IMG/VR virus record: IMGVR_UViG_3300044213_000107
Coordinates: 62,001 to 126,000 of that record
DNA length: 64,000 nucleotides
Strand: one strand, 5' to 3'
Shown: positions 27,594 through 36,759 of the stretch, in pieces
How positions within the stretch are numbered: the stretch's first letter is position 1
How the letters are laid out: each line of letters begins with the position of its first letter
Made by a program: the position numbers and the translations under genes
Notes under the pieces: generated by a model
Database searches by the model: none
Seen by the model: the letters and a program-made list of their open reading frames with translations, nothing else
What the model was told of the DNA's origin: nothing

Positions 27594-28034
27594 TTAATTA
27601 TAACCGAGAACTACATTATCAGGCCAAGGTGCAGGGTCTGGTATTGCACATGGACCTTCTGCTGGCTCAGTTCCATAATCTGCCGGCAGAACAATTTCAA
27701 GATACTCCATATCTGGACTATAATCAAAAAGATAGTGTACTATCCCGGGTCGTTGATGTACACAGTCTCCGGCTTCTACCAAATGTATTTTATCTTCATA
27801 CATGAATTTAGCCCAACCTTTGAGCATGTATACAATCTGGAATTCTGCTATGTGTATGTGCCAGCCGGTGCCTCCTGAACTTTCTGGAGGTAAATTAGCT
27901 CGTGTAACATGAGCTAATACAGCTCCGTTGGTAGCATCTTTTACACCTAGGTCTTTGTAGACAAAAAAATCTCTCAAACCACCACCAACAAATGGTAGTT
28001 GATTTCCTTTTACATGACTAAATTTTGTTTGCAT
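27594..28034 (-). CDS. Cupin domain protein
   Basis: GWHIH...FQIVYMLKGW...GDCVHQRPGIVH. Confidence 0.9.
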   Translation of the reverse strand: MQTKFSHVKGNQLPFVGGGLRDFFVYKDLGVKDATNGAVLAHVTRANLPPESSGGTGWHIHIAEFQIVYMLKGWAKFMYEDKIHLVEAGDCVHQRPGIVHYLFDYSPDMEYLEIVLPADYGTEPAEGPCAIPDPAPWPDNVVLGYN

Positions 28035-28037
28035 GGT

Positions 28038-28928
28038 TTATCCTTTGTTTATGGCCTGCCATTTTTCAGCGATATGATCAACAAAGTCTTTTATGGTATT
28101 AAGGCCATGTTGTCGCATGTAGGTAATAATCTTAACTGCAGTTTCGCGTTCTTGACCAGCATCGGGTTTACGAGCATTTGACATGTCGTTGTTTAATGAT
28201 TCTATAGCCGATTGTCGATCATAGGTATAATTTAAATTATAACGCATTTGATCGGCTTCTCGGCTTAAACGCTCAGGATCGTTCAGCACCATTAACTCAA
28301 CCCAGGACTGCATGTATCCGCGTTTTCTTTTTGGTCTGTGCCATGCTTTGTCCCGAGCGCCAGTTAGCGTACCAACATCGCCAGGATGTCTAGTATCCAT
28401 GTTTTGCCAAGCGGCTTTGTTAGTGTAAAAATAAGTTTTAATTCCTTGGGTCTTTGCTGAAATCAACAATTCTCGGGTCATAGCATTAACGTGATTATCT
28501 ATTAGAGACTTTTTTGTGTCCGGCACTAATAATACATGCACAGACTTTACACCACCAATTGGTATAGCGGGTTCACTGCTAAAAACACGGTCTTCGGCTT
28601 CGTGACTTCTGTGATGTGATTGTGCAGGATCTCTGTTGCCCCAATAGTCCAAAGGTTGACTACGATATCTTTGATTAAACCAGGTGCCATCGAGTTCAAA
28701 TAACACTCCTTGAGTCCTGCCGGCATTTTCATGATAGCCACCTCTGCGTGTTCGTGTAGTACTTAAAAAGTAAGGTTTACCTTGTGGCATGTATTGTTGC
28801 TCAACACTGCCTAACGCACTACTTAATTCAAACTGTCCTGATTGTAGAATCTTTAATGCCGTGGGAATATTGGTATAATGAAATACAATAGGACTTAGAC
28901 TTTCTAATAGAAATTCCGTGGCTCGCAT
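28038..28928 (-). CDS. Putative virion-internal protein with ADP-ribosyltransferase-like motifs
   Basis: MRATEFLLES leader; FHYT, LSTTR and EAEDR motifs (inference). Confidence 0.45.
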   Translation of the reverse strand: MRATEFLLESLSPIVFHYTNIPTALKILQSGQFELSSALGSVEQQYMPQGKPYFLSTTRTRRGGYHENAGRTQGVLFELDGTWFNQRYRSQPLDYWGNRDPAQSHHRSHEAEDRVFSSEPAIPIGGVKSVHVLLVPDTKKSLIDNHVNAMTRELLISAKTQGIKTYFYTNKAAWQNMDTRHPGDVGTLTGARDKAWHRPKRKRGYMQSWVELMVLNDPERLSREADQMRYNLNYTYDRQSAIESLNNDMSNARKPDAGQERETAVKIITYMRQHGLNTIKDFVDHIAEKWQAINKG

Positions 28929-30562
28929 TATTTTTTACGACCTGCTTTCATGTTAGCACACCAATGATACATTCGGCCACGTTCGCCACCTGCACGTTTG
29001 GCTCGGGCTCGCAAATCTGTAACAGAACCTTGACAACTGGCGCCAGCACGAGCTACACGACCTGGACGACTTTTTCCTTTGCGTTTACCATCAGCAAAGT
29101 TTTCCGCCACAGCTTGCTTTAGAAACTGTTCACCAGAGCCAGTCACATACCAGCGGTCATCGTCATTTACAATATAACCAGCATCTGCTAAACTATCCAA
29201 GGTACGGTCAAACATTTCAGTTCTAGACTCATCTTCTACATAGTCCATGCCCAACATTGCTGCAGTATAGATACCTTTTAGTATAAGTCTTTGTCCTAAT
29301 CCTTGACCTCTAAACTCAGGATCAAGCTCAGTAATAGTCCTTCCGGTATCGGCATCATATTGAAATACGCCTGCTGATTTACCATTCACTAACATTTCAA
29401 CAGAAAATTTATTTTTACCTTTTTGTTGTTGATATGTAATGTTGTTAGAGCCTTCCGCCACACCTCGACCTAAATCACCCAATCCAAAATCTGTTGGTGG
29501 CACATACTTACCATCGTGTTGTTTAATATGGTCTGCTAAGTCTGCTAAATCTCTAAACCCACGATCTTGTAATTCTTGATCCACATCAACTAATTCTTTA
29601 CCACCCCACTTGTATAGATCGAGTTCCATACGACCTATATCCTGATGCTTTTTTAAACCACTGATAACATATCCTACAATACTATCAAAGTTTACATCTT
29701 GACGGTCTTGATCCAAGTCGCTCACGACGCCTTCCGCCACACCTTGCTTAACAAACTGAACATTTAATTTAGCATTTTTCCACAATGGATTTTTAGGATC
29801 CATTCGTTGTTGTAGCAACCATATAGCGGATACTCTATGTGCTCCATCTTCAAACTTACTATTCAGTACCAATATAGGAGGTAACTTTGATAAACTTTCT
29901 GGATGATCCTTTAAGTAAGCGGCATACTCTATAACCTTTTTAGTGACGCCCCAGCTGTAATCTTTAGCGTCCCAATCATCTACCACATTGTTATAATAAG
30001 GTAATCCTGGTACTGAATCTATAAGTTGTTTTGCAGTCATCTGCCTGGTTTGTATTTTAGCGTCAGAGCCAAACTGTTTTGGTGCACCTGAACTTGGACC
30101 AGGTTGTGGAATATCTTCCGCCACATCTTGATTACGATACAAATCAAACTCTACTTGATCGCCTTGATCATGTGCTCTTACACCATATCCCAAATTGGTT
30201 GCGTAACGGTCAACTAATTTCTTATAAAGTTTAGCACGACTCTCGGGATTTTGCCCGGGTTCAACTTCTTTTGTGGCTGAAAAATTTATGTTATACGGTT
30301 GTTCTTTTTTTACAAACTGTTGAATAGCAAACAACACCGTGGCAAACACTCGTTGTGCATCACCAGCACCAGTGACATCTATACTGTGATCTCTGGTAAA
30401 ACTTACAAGTACTTCGTAAGGGGTTGAATATTCAAATGATATACTCAATGGTGAACCATCTGGCAAGCGAGCAAACGCATCATTGTCCCCGTGATCACCT
30501 CGGCTCCACGTTAATGGGTAAGGTTGGTCAAAAGATTCTAAAATAATTTCTTTAATACGCAT
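28928..30562 (-). CDS. Modular putative virion polyprotein (ParB/Srx-like and GNAT-like modules) with VAE linkers
   Basis: MRIKEIILES leader; four VAE linkers; LPPILV...EDGAHR; PEFRGQGLG; basic C-terminal module NFADGKRKGKSRPG...HWCANMK. Confidence 0.65.
   Translation of the reverse strand: MRIKEIILESFDQPYPLTWSRGDHGDNDAFARLPDGSPLSISFEYSTPYEVLVSFTRDHSIDVTGAGDAQRVFATVLFAIQQFVKKEQPYNINFSATKEVEPGQNPESRAKLYKKLVDRYATNLGYGVRAHDQGDQVEFDLYRNQDVAEDIPQPGPSSGAPKQFGSDAKIQTRQMTAKQLIDSVPGLPYYNNVVDDWDAKDYSWGVTKKVIEYAAYLKDHPESLSKLPPILVLNSKFEDGAHRVSAIWLLQQRMDPKNPLWKNAKLNVQFVKQGVAEGVVSDLDQDRQDVNFDSIVGYVISGLKKHQDIGRMELDLYKWGGKELVDVDQELQDRGFRDLADLADHIKQHDGKYVPPTDFGLGDLGRGVAEGSNNITYQQQKGKNKFSVEMLVNGKSAGVFQYDADTGRTITELDPEFRGQGLGQRLILKGIYTAAMLGMDYVEDESRTEMFDRTLDSLADAGYIVNDDDRWYVTGSGEQFLKQAVAENFADGKRKGKSRPGRVARAGASCQGSVTDLRARAKRAGGERGRMYHWCANMKAGRKK
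29102..30127 (-). repeat. Four copies of GTGGCGGAA (V-A-E) at module junctions
   Basis: TTCCGCCAC on the plus strand begins at 29102, 29453, 29732 and 30116. Confidence 0.9.
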
Positions 30563-30605
30563 CTAAATATTTATCGGACTTTTGGCTAAAAAGAAGTAAA
30601 GTAAA

Positions 30606-31319
30606 TTAGCGATTGCGACGGGGTTTAGCCAGACCTAATATTTCGAGTATTCTTATGTACATCCAGCCAATATCAAACTCCCACCATTTACGACTAAATT
30701 TTGGATTTGATCCATCGCCATGATGCGAATTATGGAGCTCTTCGCCGCCAATCCATATACCGATAGGAATCAAATTTCTCGATGTGTCGTTTGTATCATA
30801 ATTTCTATAACCCCACCAGTGTGCCAGTCCGTTAATAACACCCGCTGCCCAAAAGGGTATCCAAATCATTTGTATTCCCCATACTACGAATCCCGCGGAA
30901 CCAAAAAACAACAAGTCCATGACCAGCATCAAAAGAATTCCATAAAGATTATATGGAGTATATAAATGTCGTTCGATCCAGTCGTTAGGAGTACCAATGC
31001 CTAACTTTAATACTTCTGGATCTCGTTTAGCCTTTACATAATAAAATGCACCGCCAAATAATATATGCCAAATTCCATAGATTTTAGGACTATGTGGATC
31101 TGCCGGTGTATCGCTGGCCTGATGATGTCGGCGATGTACTGCTACCCATTCCCGTGTGGTCATACCAGTTGTAAGCCACAGCCAAAATCTCATCACATGT
31201 GATATTACTGGATGAAATGTAACTGCACGATGTGCTTGGCTACGATGTAGGTATAGAGTTACACACATGATTGTGATGTGTGTCATTATTAGTGTGGCTA
31301 TGATTTCTTGTACCGGCAT
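30606..31319 (-). CDS. desA: Membrane fatty acid (acyl-CoA/lipid) desaturase
   Basis: His boxes HRSQAH, HRRHH and HNSHH. Confidence 0.93.
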   Translation of the reverse strand: MPVQEIIATLIMTHITIMCVTLYLHRSQAHRAVTFHPVISHVMRFWLWLTTGMTTREWVAVHRRHHQASDTPADPHSPKIYGIWHILFGGAFYYVKAKRDPEVLKLGIGTPNDWIERHLYTPYNLYGILLMLVMDLLFFGSAGFVVWGIQMIWIPFWAAGVINGLAHWWGYRNYDTNDTSRNLIPIGIWIGGEELHNSHHGDGSNPKFSRKWWEFDIGWMYIRILEILGLAKPRRNR

Positions 31320-31343
31320 CTAATATTTAGCGGTAACTGCGGT

Positions 31344-31439
31344 TTATTTTCTGTGGTTTTGGTACCAGTCCCATGCCCAACACACTGCTAAAATTACAAC
31401 AAAGCCTAATACAATTGGGGTTACGTCATCGTTTAACAT
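31344..31439 (-). CDS. 31-aa single-pass membrane peptide
   Basis: MLNDDVTPIVLGFVVILAVCWAWDWYQNHRK with an AAGGAG RBS. Confidence 0.55.
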   Translation of the reverse strand: MLNDDVTPIVLGFVVILAVCWAWDWYQNHRK

Positions 31440-31450
31440 ATCAACTCCTT

Positions 31451-31762
31451 TTAATCATCTATAAATTTTATTACACAAGTTTGTTCAGTTTCTTGCAAAA
31501 ATTGTTGAAAATATGATTCCCATACTGGATCATTTGGCGGTCTAAACCCTTCGGGAATAGTATTGCTCCATACATAATCACGACGCGAACTTGTTTGATC
31601 TATAACCATATATCCTTGATCAATCATTGATTGCCGTATACCTTTTTTGCGGCGATTGGCTGCATGCCAATCTTCTTGAGTCGCAGAGTCTTTGGTTGCT
31701 ATCCAATCTTCGATGTTGATTCGAGCGCCATCTGCACGTTCTATTACATGTTGTTCTCTCAT
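31451..31762 (-). CDS. Hypothetical protein
   Basis: Follows a TAAATA late-type motif. Confidence 0.6.
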   Translation of the reverse strand: MREQHVIERADGARINIEDWIATKDSATQEDWHAANRRKKGIRQSMIDQGYMVIDQTSSRRDYVWSNTIPEGFRPPNDPVWESYFQQFLQETEQTCVIKFIDD

Positions 31763-31781
31763 AGAAATATTTAGCCGTAGA

Positions 31782-31802
31782 AAAAGGGCCGAAGCCCTTT
31801 TC
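31782..31802. terminator. Intrinsic terminator
   Basis: AAAAGGGC-CGAA-GCCCTTTT. Confidence 0.85.
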
Positions 31803-31822
31803 GCACACTTGCAAAAAACCGT

Positions 31823-32155
31823 TTATGCTGCGTCTTTGCTTTCTGCACGCTCCTTGAGAGCGGTAAGGCTAGGTTTAGCTTTGGCAGTTGCCTTAACTGT
31901 GGCTACTGCGTTATATTTTGCATCTGCAGCATCAATAGCCTCGCGATACTCTGTGTTGTTATACAACTCAGTTGTTTTAAGATGTGCAACCAATGCAGCC
32001 TTGGTCATTGCAGACGGCAACTCAATTAAGTTGATATCTGTATCAGTTTTAGCAAGAATTTTGACACGGGTCATGTCGTTGGCAAAACGAACTTTGTACT
32101 GGCCTTTAGTTTTACTAACGCCACCAACGGAAAAAAGTTTATTGTCTGTAGACAT
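31823..32155 (-). CDS. Hypothetical protein with K/A-rich tail, possibly nucleic-acid binding
   Basis: GVSKTKGQYKVRFANDMTRVKIL...KATAKAKPS; AGGAG RBS. Confidence 0.65.
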   Translation of the reverse strand: MSTDNKLFSVGGVSKTKGQYKVRFANDMTRVKILAKTDTDINLIELPSAMTKAALVAHLKTTELYNNTEYREAIDAADAKYNAVATVKATAKAKPSLTALKERAESKDAA

Positions 32156-32278
32156 TGAAATACTCCTAGAAGTTAAATTGAAAAAACATATGTATACTAT
32201 TCATTTAGTATACCATAATTATATTGCCTTTTGATAGTGGCGTCAACCACATTTTGGCGGCAATAATACCAAAATTCT

Positions 32279-32404
32279 TCATTCTGCGGCTGCTTGAGCA
32301 GCGTGTTGTACTTGCGCAACACCTTTTTCGGCGATGTTAACAACGCCATGAACACCAATGGTGGCAATAGCAATACCCACAATGATACCTATGACGAAAT
32401 TCAT
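32279..32404 (-). CDS. 41-aa membrane peptide
   Basis: MNFVIGIIVGIAIATIGVHGVVNIAEKGVAQVQHAAQAAAE; ATGA overlap. Confidence 0.55.
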   Translation of the reverse strand: MNFVIGIIVGIAIATIGVHGVVNIAEKGVAQVQHAAQAAAE

Positions 32405-32568
32405 TTGTGCTTCTCCTGTGATTGTTCTGGATACAAAGGAACTTCGGATTTTGGTTCAATCCATTTACCTGCGGCACTAATATCTTTTCCTGCGCCTTGT
32501 AAGGTGCCCGAAACGGTATTACATGCCACGAGATTTAATAACAATAAAATACCAAATAATGCTTTCAT
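32401..32568 (-). CDS. Entericidin A/B-like small lipoprotein (55 aa, not in the ORF track)
   Basis: MKALFGILLLLNLVA-CNTVSGTLQGAGKDI: lipobox plus CNT..G.GKDI. Confidence 0.65.
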   Translation of the reverse strand: MKALFGILLLLNLVACNTVSGTLQGAGKDISAAGKWIEPKSEVPLYPEQSQEKHK

Positions 32569-32801
32569 ACATCTGCTCCTGGGTTGAAAAATCTAAACAT
32601 GTCTTCCATTTCCGCATCTGTGATTTCATCATCTAAAGGACGATCATGTTGTGCCTCAATGGCTTCGGCTTCGTCATAGGCCATCTCAAAGTTTCGAGCC
32701 TTGAGCGGAATACGTTCTAAATTAATATAGTGATTGCCTTCCAAGGTAACACGAACCTGCATGGAAAAGTTATCACCATCTTTTATGATAGAATACTCCA
32801 T
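32565..32801 (-). CDS. Hypothetical acidic protein
   Basis: AAGGAG RBS; coupled to the next gene. Confidence 0.55.
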   Translation of the reverse strand: MEYSIIKDGDNFSMQVRVTLEGNHYINLERIPLKARNFEMAYDEAEAIEAQHDRPLDDEITDAEMEDMFRFFNPGADV

Positions 32802-32965
32802 GATATTACTCCTTCTCTGTTGTCTAACTCAACTGCACAAAATTCTTGCATAATCTCATCTCTAACACTTTTGCTCGGTGATTCTACAAGAGACTGATAC
32901 AACTGCTCAAGTTCTGAGGTTGTTAAACTTGAGATTTCAGCGTGTATTTCTTTAAGTTTACCCAT
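32783..32965 (-). CDS. Hypothetical early protein
   Basis: Promoter TTGACG-17-TATAAT at 32997-33025. Confidence 0.55.
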   Translation of the reverse strand: MGKLKEIHAEISSLTTSELEQLYQSLVESPSKSVRDEIMQEFCAVELDNREGVISWSILS

Positions 32966-33021
32966 TTTTAACTCTGTTTTGCGTTAACATGTGTTTATTA
33001 TACTAGATTTTGAATAACCCG

Positions 33022-33183
33022 TCAATCCAAAGGGTTGTTTTTTGTGTGTTTTTTGTGGCGTCGATACAACTTTTTGCTATTTTCCACACGGTTTTTGAAC
33101 GGCAGATTTGCGTCAAAAAGTGCACGATGTGCACGAATTTTCTGTGGTATTTTTACAACAACGGTGATTTTGGTGCGTTTCAT
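33022..33183 (-). CDS. Small basic protein, distantly ArfA-like
   Basis: Start MKRTKI after TTGACA-17-TATAAT (33193-33221); LFDANLPFKNRVENSKKLYRRHKKH. Confidence 0.45.
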   Translation of the reverse strand: MKRTKITVVVKIPQKIRAHRALFDANLPFKNRVENSKKLYRRHKKHTKNNPLD

Positions 33184-33232
33184 AATAGTTGTATTATAAC
33201 ACCAAACGAATTCCCTGTCAAGAGCCAGGGTT

Positions 33233-35449
33233 TTATGCCATAACTGGTACAACTTCTGCTAGACCCGAATACTGAGTTCTCCGCATCCATTCTGCGGCAA
33301 CTCTGTTAGCATCGTGCTGACTATTGCCTATTCCACCAAATCTATATAACTCTTGGCCATTACCATTAAGTATCTTCCACGAACCAGTAAATGCACCTGA
33401 TGCTTGTTGTTGTCGAACATCTTGTGTTGATCCAGGTACACTCAACTCTCGACCAGTTTCAGAATCGCGAATACCAAACTGTGCACCGCTCAAATTGTTT
33501 GCTTGATAGCGTCTTAGTTGATCTAATGCCGCAGCATCATTTGATGAAAGGATCGATGCTACTCCTGGATTATTCTCCGACCTACGGAATATCTCATACC
33601 TTCTGGGAGCGGTTGCAGGAAGCTCTGGGAATAGATCAATGGTACCAGGGTCTGCATGTTGTCCTACGGCCTGCGGCTCACCTGCCGTGGCACGCCAAGG
33701 TGCTGGTGCAGTATCTCCGTTTTTGATATCGCCTGGTTGTCCACGGTGCTTTGTGGGATCGTGGCTGACCAATACTTGGAAATCAGGCCGGTATTCTCTG
33801 ACATATTGATCTTGTACTATTCCTGCATCTTTGCCATTGGCGGCATTAAAACGATATAGAACTTCAACATCGTATGGCTGATTAACATCACCAATTCGGC
33901 GATGTTGTCTAAACAAAATCCATTCACCTTCGGGATTACTACGACGACCGCCCACTACAATGCCTTCGCCGGGCTTGCGTAACTGGCGTTCCAGTTGTGC
34001 TTGTTTGATAAAACTACGCAATGCAGCCTTGGGCATTTCGCCGGCTACATATCGTGCAAAATACAGTATAGTATCTTTATTTTCTCCTTTGGGTGCTAGG
34101 AGTTTATACAGTTTCTTTAGATATTCTTCACGATGTAGTTCAGGTTTGACTGCAGCATCCAGGGCCACAACAAATCGCAACATGGTGTTTTCAATTTGAT
34201 CAAAGTTAACGTCCAACCAATCGCCACCAGCACTACGAAACTCAATGTAATTGCTTTTAACATTGATACTGGTGTATTTGTCCGTGGATGGAGCATGTAT
34301 GGCCCGGCTGGCAAATTCATCTAAGTGATTACGCATTTTGTCTAACAAACCTTGAGCTTCGTCGGGGTTTCCTTGCACACGGTTCTTTACTTTTTCTATG
34401 GCAGATTTACAATAATGATTGCTAGTACGACCGAACTTTTCTAGCACATATTGGTCGCCTAGCAATACTGCAAGTTTAACATAATCCAATTTGTAGCGTT
34501 CAAAGTCTGGAACACTGACATTGATGTGTAGACCGGTACTGTCGTTGGTGTAGCATCCATAACTTTTTGCCCAGGCTTTGACCTTTTTAAGTTGGTCAAT
34601 CATTTCATCAACTGGCATTGGGGGACTAACAAACTCCAGGCCCGATTCTGAAGATTCATCATCGGGACTTAGACTGCCATCAGGTTCAACCACATAGTGC
34701 CCGGGTTCGCGACGTCCACCGTGATAATTACGGCTGGCATTCACCGGCATGCCTATTGCTTTGCTAAAACTATTGGCTACTGCATCAATGTCTGCTTCGG
34801 CGTCATCATCGTTGTAACTGTTGGCCCAATAAGGCCACATCAAACCAAAATGGTTTTCAATGTCGGTCATGTAAGGATAGTTTTGCTGAAGCCAATTGCC
34901 CGAATCGTCAAAGAGATCTTGTTGTTGTTCTTCACGAAATTCATCATAAGCGTCATGTTTGGTACTGTCATTGTCTTCCCAGAGATGATTGGCATAGTCT
35001 AAGATATCGTTTTTACCTGGTGTGTAATCTTCGTCGTCGGCCTTGCCTAACCAGTCTTTGATTTGAGTTTCATCAATATTGTTGGCTACCCATTCCACAA
35101 AATAGTCAAACCCATCACGGTCCCACCGATTGTCGATTTGTTCATCGCAGTCTTCATAAAATTTTTGTTCCAATTCTTCTATCGCCCGCTGAACAGTTCG
35201 GGTACTATTGTAATCACCGTCATTGAAAAATTCGTATATGTCACTAAAACTGCGAGTTCTTGTGTCTTGGTCGTAGTCGGGTTCCTGTTCATTATCACCG
35301 TTGCTGCTTTTGTCAACTGGAACAATCATTTCAAACTCCATGCCAGCCCGGGCATCGATTTTCTTTGCCTGACTACGAAGGCTGGTGGGGCTCATGGCAA
35401 TTTCTGATAACTGCTGTTCTGATAATGGTTTAATGTCTGTGTAACGCAT
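33233..35449 (-). CDS. Putative amidoligase (COOH-NH2 ligase type 2) domain protein, probably virion-packaged
   Basis: GMEFEM, GLEFVSPP, STGLHINVS and IEFR motifs; acidic insert; MRYTDIKPLSE leader. Confidence 0.75.
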   Translation of the reverse strand: MRYTDIKPLSEQQLSEIAMSPTSLRSQAKKIDARAGMEFEMIVPVDKSSNGDNEQEPDYDQDTRTRSFSDIYEFFNDGDYNSTRTVQRAIEELEQKFYEDCDEQIDNRWDRDGFDYFVEWVANNIDETQIKDWLGKADDEDYTPGKNDILDYANHLWEDNDSTKHDAYDEFREEQQQDLFDDSGNWLQQNYPYMTDIENHFGLMWPYWANSYNDDDAEADIDAVANSFSKAIGMPVNASRNYHGGRREPGHYVVEPDGSLSPDDESSESGLEFVSPPMPVDEMIDQLKKVKAWAKSYGCYTNDSTGLHINVSVPDFERYKLDYVKLAVLLGDQYVLEKFGRTSNHYCKSAIEKVKNRVQGNPDEAQGLLDKMRNHLDEFASRAIHAPSTDKYTSINVKSNYIEFRSAGGDWLDVNFDQIENTMLRFVVALDAAVKPELHREEYLKKLYKLLAPKGENKDTILYFARYVAGEMPKAALRSFIKQAQLERQLRKPGEGIVVGGRRSNPEGEWILFRQHRRIGDVNQPYDVEVLYRFNAANGKDAGIVQDQYVREYRPDFQVLVSHDPTKHRGQPGDIKNGDTAPAPWRATAGEPQAVGQHADPGTIDLFPELPATAPRRYEIFRRSENNPGVASILSSNDAAALDQLRRYQANNLSGAQFGIRDSETGRELSVPGSTQDVRQQQASGAFTGSWKILNGNGQELYRFGGIGNSQHDANRVAAEWMRRTQYSGLAEVVPVMA

Positions 35450-35484
35450 TTACAATATTCTGATAATATTGTATTTAGCGTCAG

Positions 35485-36048
35485 TTATTGATAAAGGCTA
35501 GCGAAGATTTCTTCTTGGCTTTGCAGGATTAAACGATACAAATTACGGTTTTTATGAGCAATTTCTTGTCCTAAACTTACCAATGTGGGTGGTGGCAGTT
35601 TGATGCGACTTTCAACTTCCTGCCCGTCAGTGAAGTTTTTGACCGCAAGTCCGTGCTTTTCAGCCAAGTGACGTATGGGACGATTCCAGGTCAAACAGTG
35701 CATGTAGAGATTTGAGTAGCCGCGATTGCGTGCCCAAACAATGGCTTCTTGCATAAGTTGATCAGCAATGCCTTGGTTACGGTGCTCATGTGCAACAATA
35801 ACCCCAAATTCAATATCAGTTTCGTTAACTACTGCAATGTGTACGGTGCCTACCCATAAACCCCTACTTTCAGCAACTAAAAAATAGTTATTGTCGGGGT
35901 GGTTGACAAAACTTTCAGTTAGATGTTCTAGATAAAAATCAGTAACAGGCACACCAAAAAACAATCTTAGTGTTTCTTCGTCTTGCCCTTTGAGCCAATC
36001 GGCATACCAACCGTACTCTTTTTCGCTTAAAAATCTTGTGGTTATCAT
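35485..36048 (-). CDS. GNAT family N-acetyltransferase
   Basis: EFGVIVAHEHRNQGIADQLM...N..IRHLAEKHG. Confidence 0.88.
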   Translation of the reverse strand: MITTRFLSEKEYGWYADWLKGQDEETLRLFFGVPVTDFYLEHLTESFVNHPDNNYFLVAESRGLWVGTVHIAVVNETDIEFGVIVAHEHRNQGIADQLMQEAIVWARNRGYSNLYMHCLTWNRPIRHLAEKHGLAVKNFTDGQEVESRIKLPPPTLVSLGQEIAHKNRNLYRLILQSQEEIFASLYQ

Positions 36049-36056
36049 ACGAATAT

Positions 36057-36344
36057 TTATTGTGGTTTTACTACTAATTGATTGTCGCTGGCAAAATTTA
36101 ACACAAAGTTTAGTGCCAGTGGTTCTACTTCACCTAACTCATCGTCTAAGACTACACTACGAACACCATCTATGACCATAGGCATAAGATATTTAGAATA
36201 AGTTAATGCATGTTGTCTAACATCATGTTGCGACGTAAATGTAGCAGATTTGTAGTGTGCAAAAACTGAACATAAACGATCTGCCCAGTCGCTGGGACGA
36301 AACACCATACCAGACTGTGTTCGTCCGTAAATTATGTACTTCAT
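36057..36344 (-). CDS. DUF3579-like protein
   Basis: G.T..G.VFRPSDWADRL...FVLNFASDNQL. Confidence 0.75.
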   Translation of the reverse strand: MKYIIYGRTQSGMVFRPSDWADRLCSVFAHYKSATFTSQHDVRQHALTYSKYLMPMVIDGVRSVVLDDELGEVEPLALNFVLNFASDNQLVVKPQ

Positions 36345-36454
36345 TATCTTGTGATAAACAAATAGATTATGGTTAATATTATGCCAGCAAAAGCCAGTAG
36401 TTGACCTTTTGCATTTGCGGTATTGACAGCAGATCGCATAAAATCAGTGTCCAT
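36344..36454 (-). CDS. 36-aa membrane peptide
   Basis: MDTDFMRSAVNTANAKGQLLAFAGIILTIIYLFITR; TAATG coupling to the next gene. Confidence 0.5.
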   Translation of the reverse strand: MDTDFMRSAVNTANAKGQLLAFAGIILTIIYLFITR

Positions 36455-36533
36455 GATTTCTTAATCTTGCTTCTGCGGCTGCACCACGTATTTCTTTAAT
36501 GGCGTTCCATAGGTTAATAAAAAATTGTTTCAT
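36444..36533 (-). CDS. 29-aa amphipathic peptide
   Basis: MKQFFINLWNAIKEIRGAAAEARLRNHGH. Confidence 0.45.
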   Translation of the reverse strand: MKQFFINLWNAIKEIRGAAAEARLRNHGH

Positions 36534-36534
36534 A

Positions 36535-36690
36535 TTATAGTTCTCTCGCGGCTTGGCGTCTATTGTATTGGTTTAACCAAAAATCTACTTCTGCGGCATT
36601 TGTTGGACGTTTGCTGATAATAAATTGCTCTAATGCACTGGCTTGGTTTATTTTAAAAAACTCGGTAAGTTTTTTTACAAGTTTTGTCAT
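36535..36690 (-). CDS. 51-aa helical protein (possibly DUF3563-like)
   Basis: MTKLVKKLTEFFKINQASALEQFIISKRPTNAAEVDFWLNQYNRRQAAREL; AGGAG RBS. Confidence 0.55.
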   Translation of the reverse strand: MTKLVKKLTEFFKINQASALEQFIISKRPTNAAEVDFWLNQYNRRQAAREL

Positions 36691-36759
36691 TGTGTGACTC
36701 CTATTATATAAGTGTTTGTACTAAGATATTTATCTCAGTGTTTCTACTAATATATAATA

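Noticed and set aside
31692-32234. Long plus-strand ORFs such as 31692-32234, 53374-53946, 55880-56359, 63225-63686 and 8491-8901
   Set aside because: They are antisense shadows of well-supported minus-strand genes, with no RBS, promoter or recognisable motifs.
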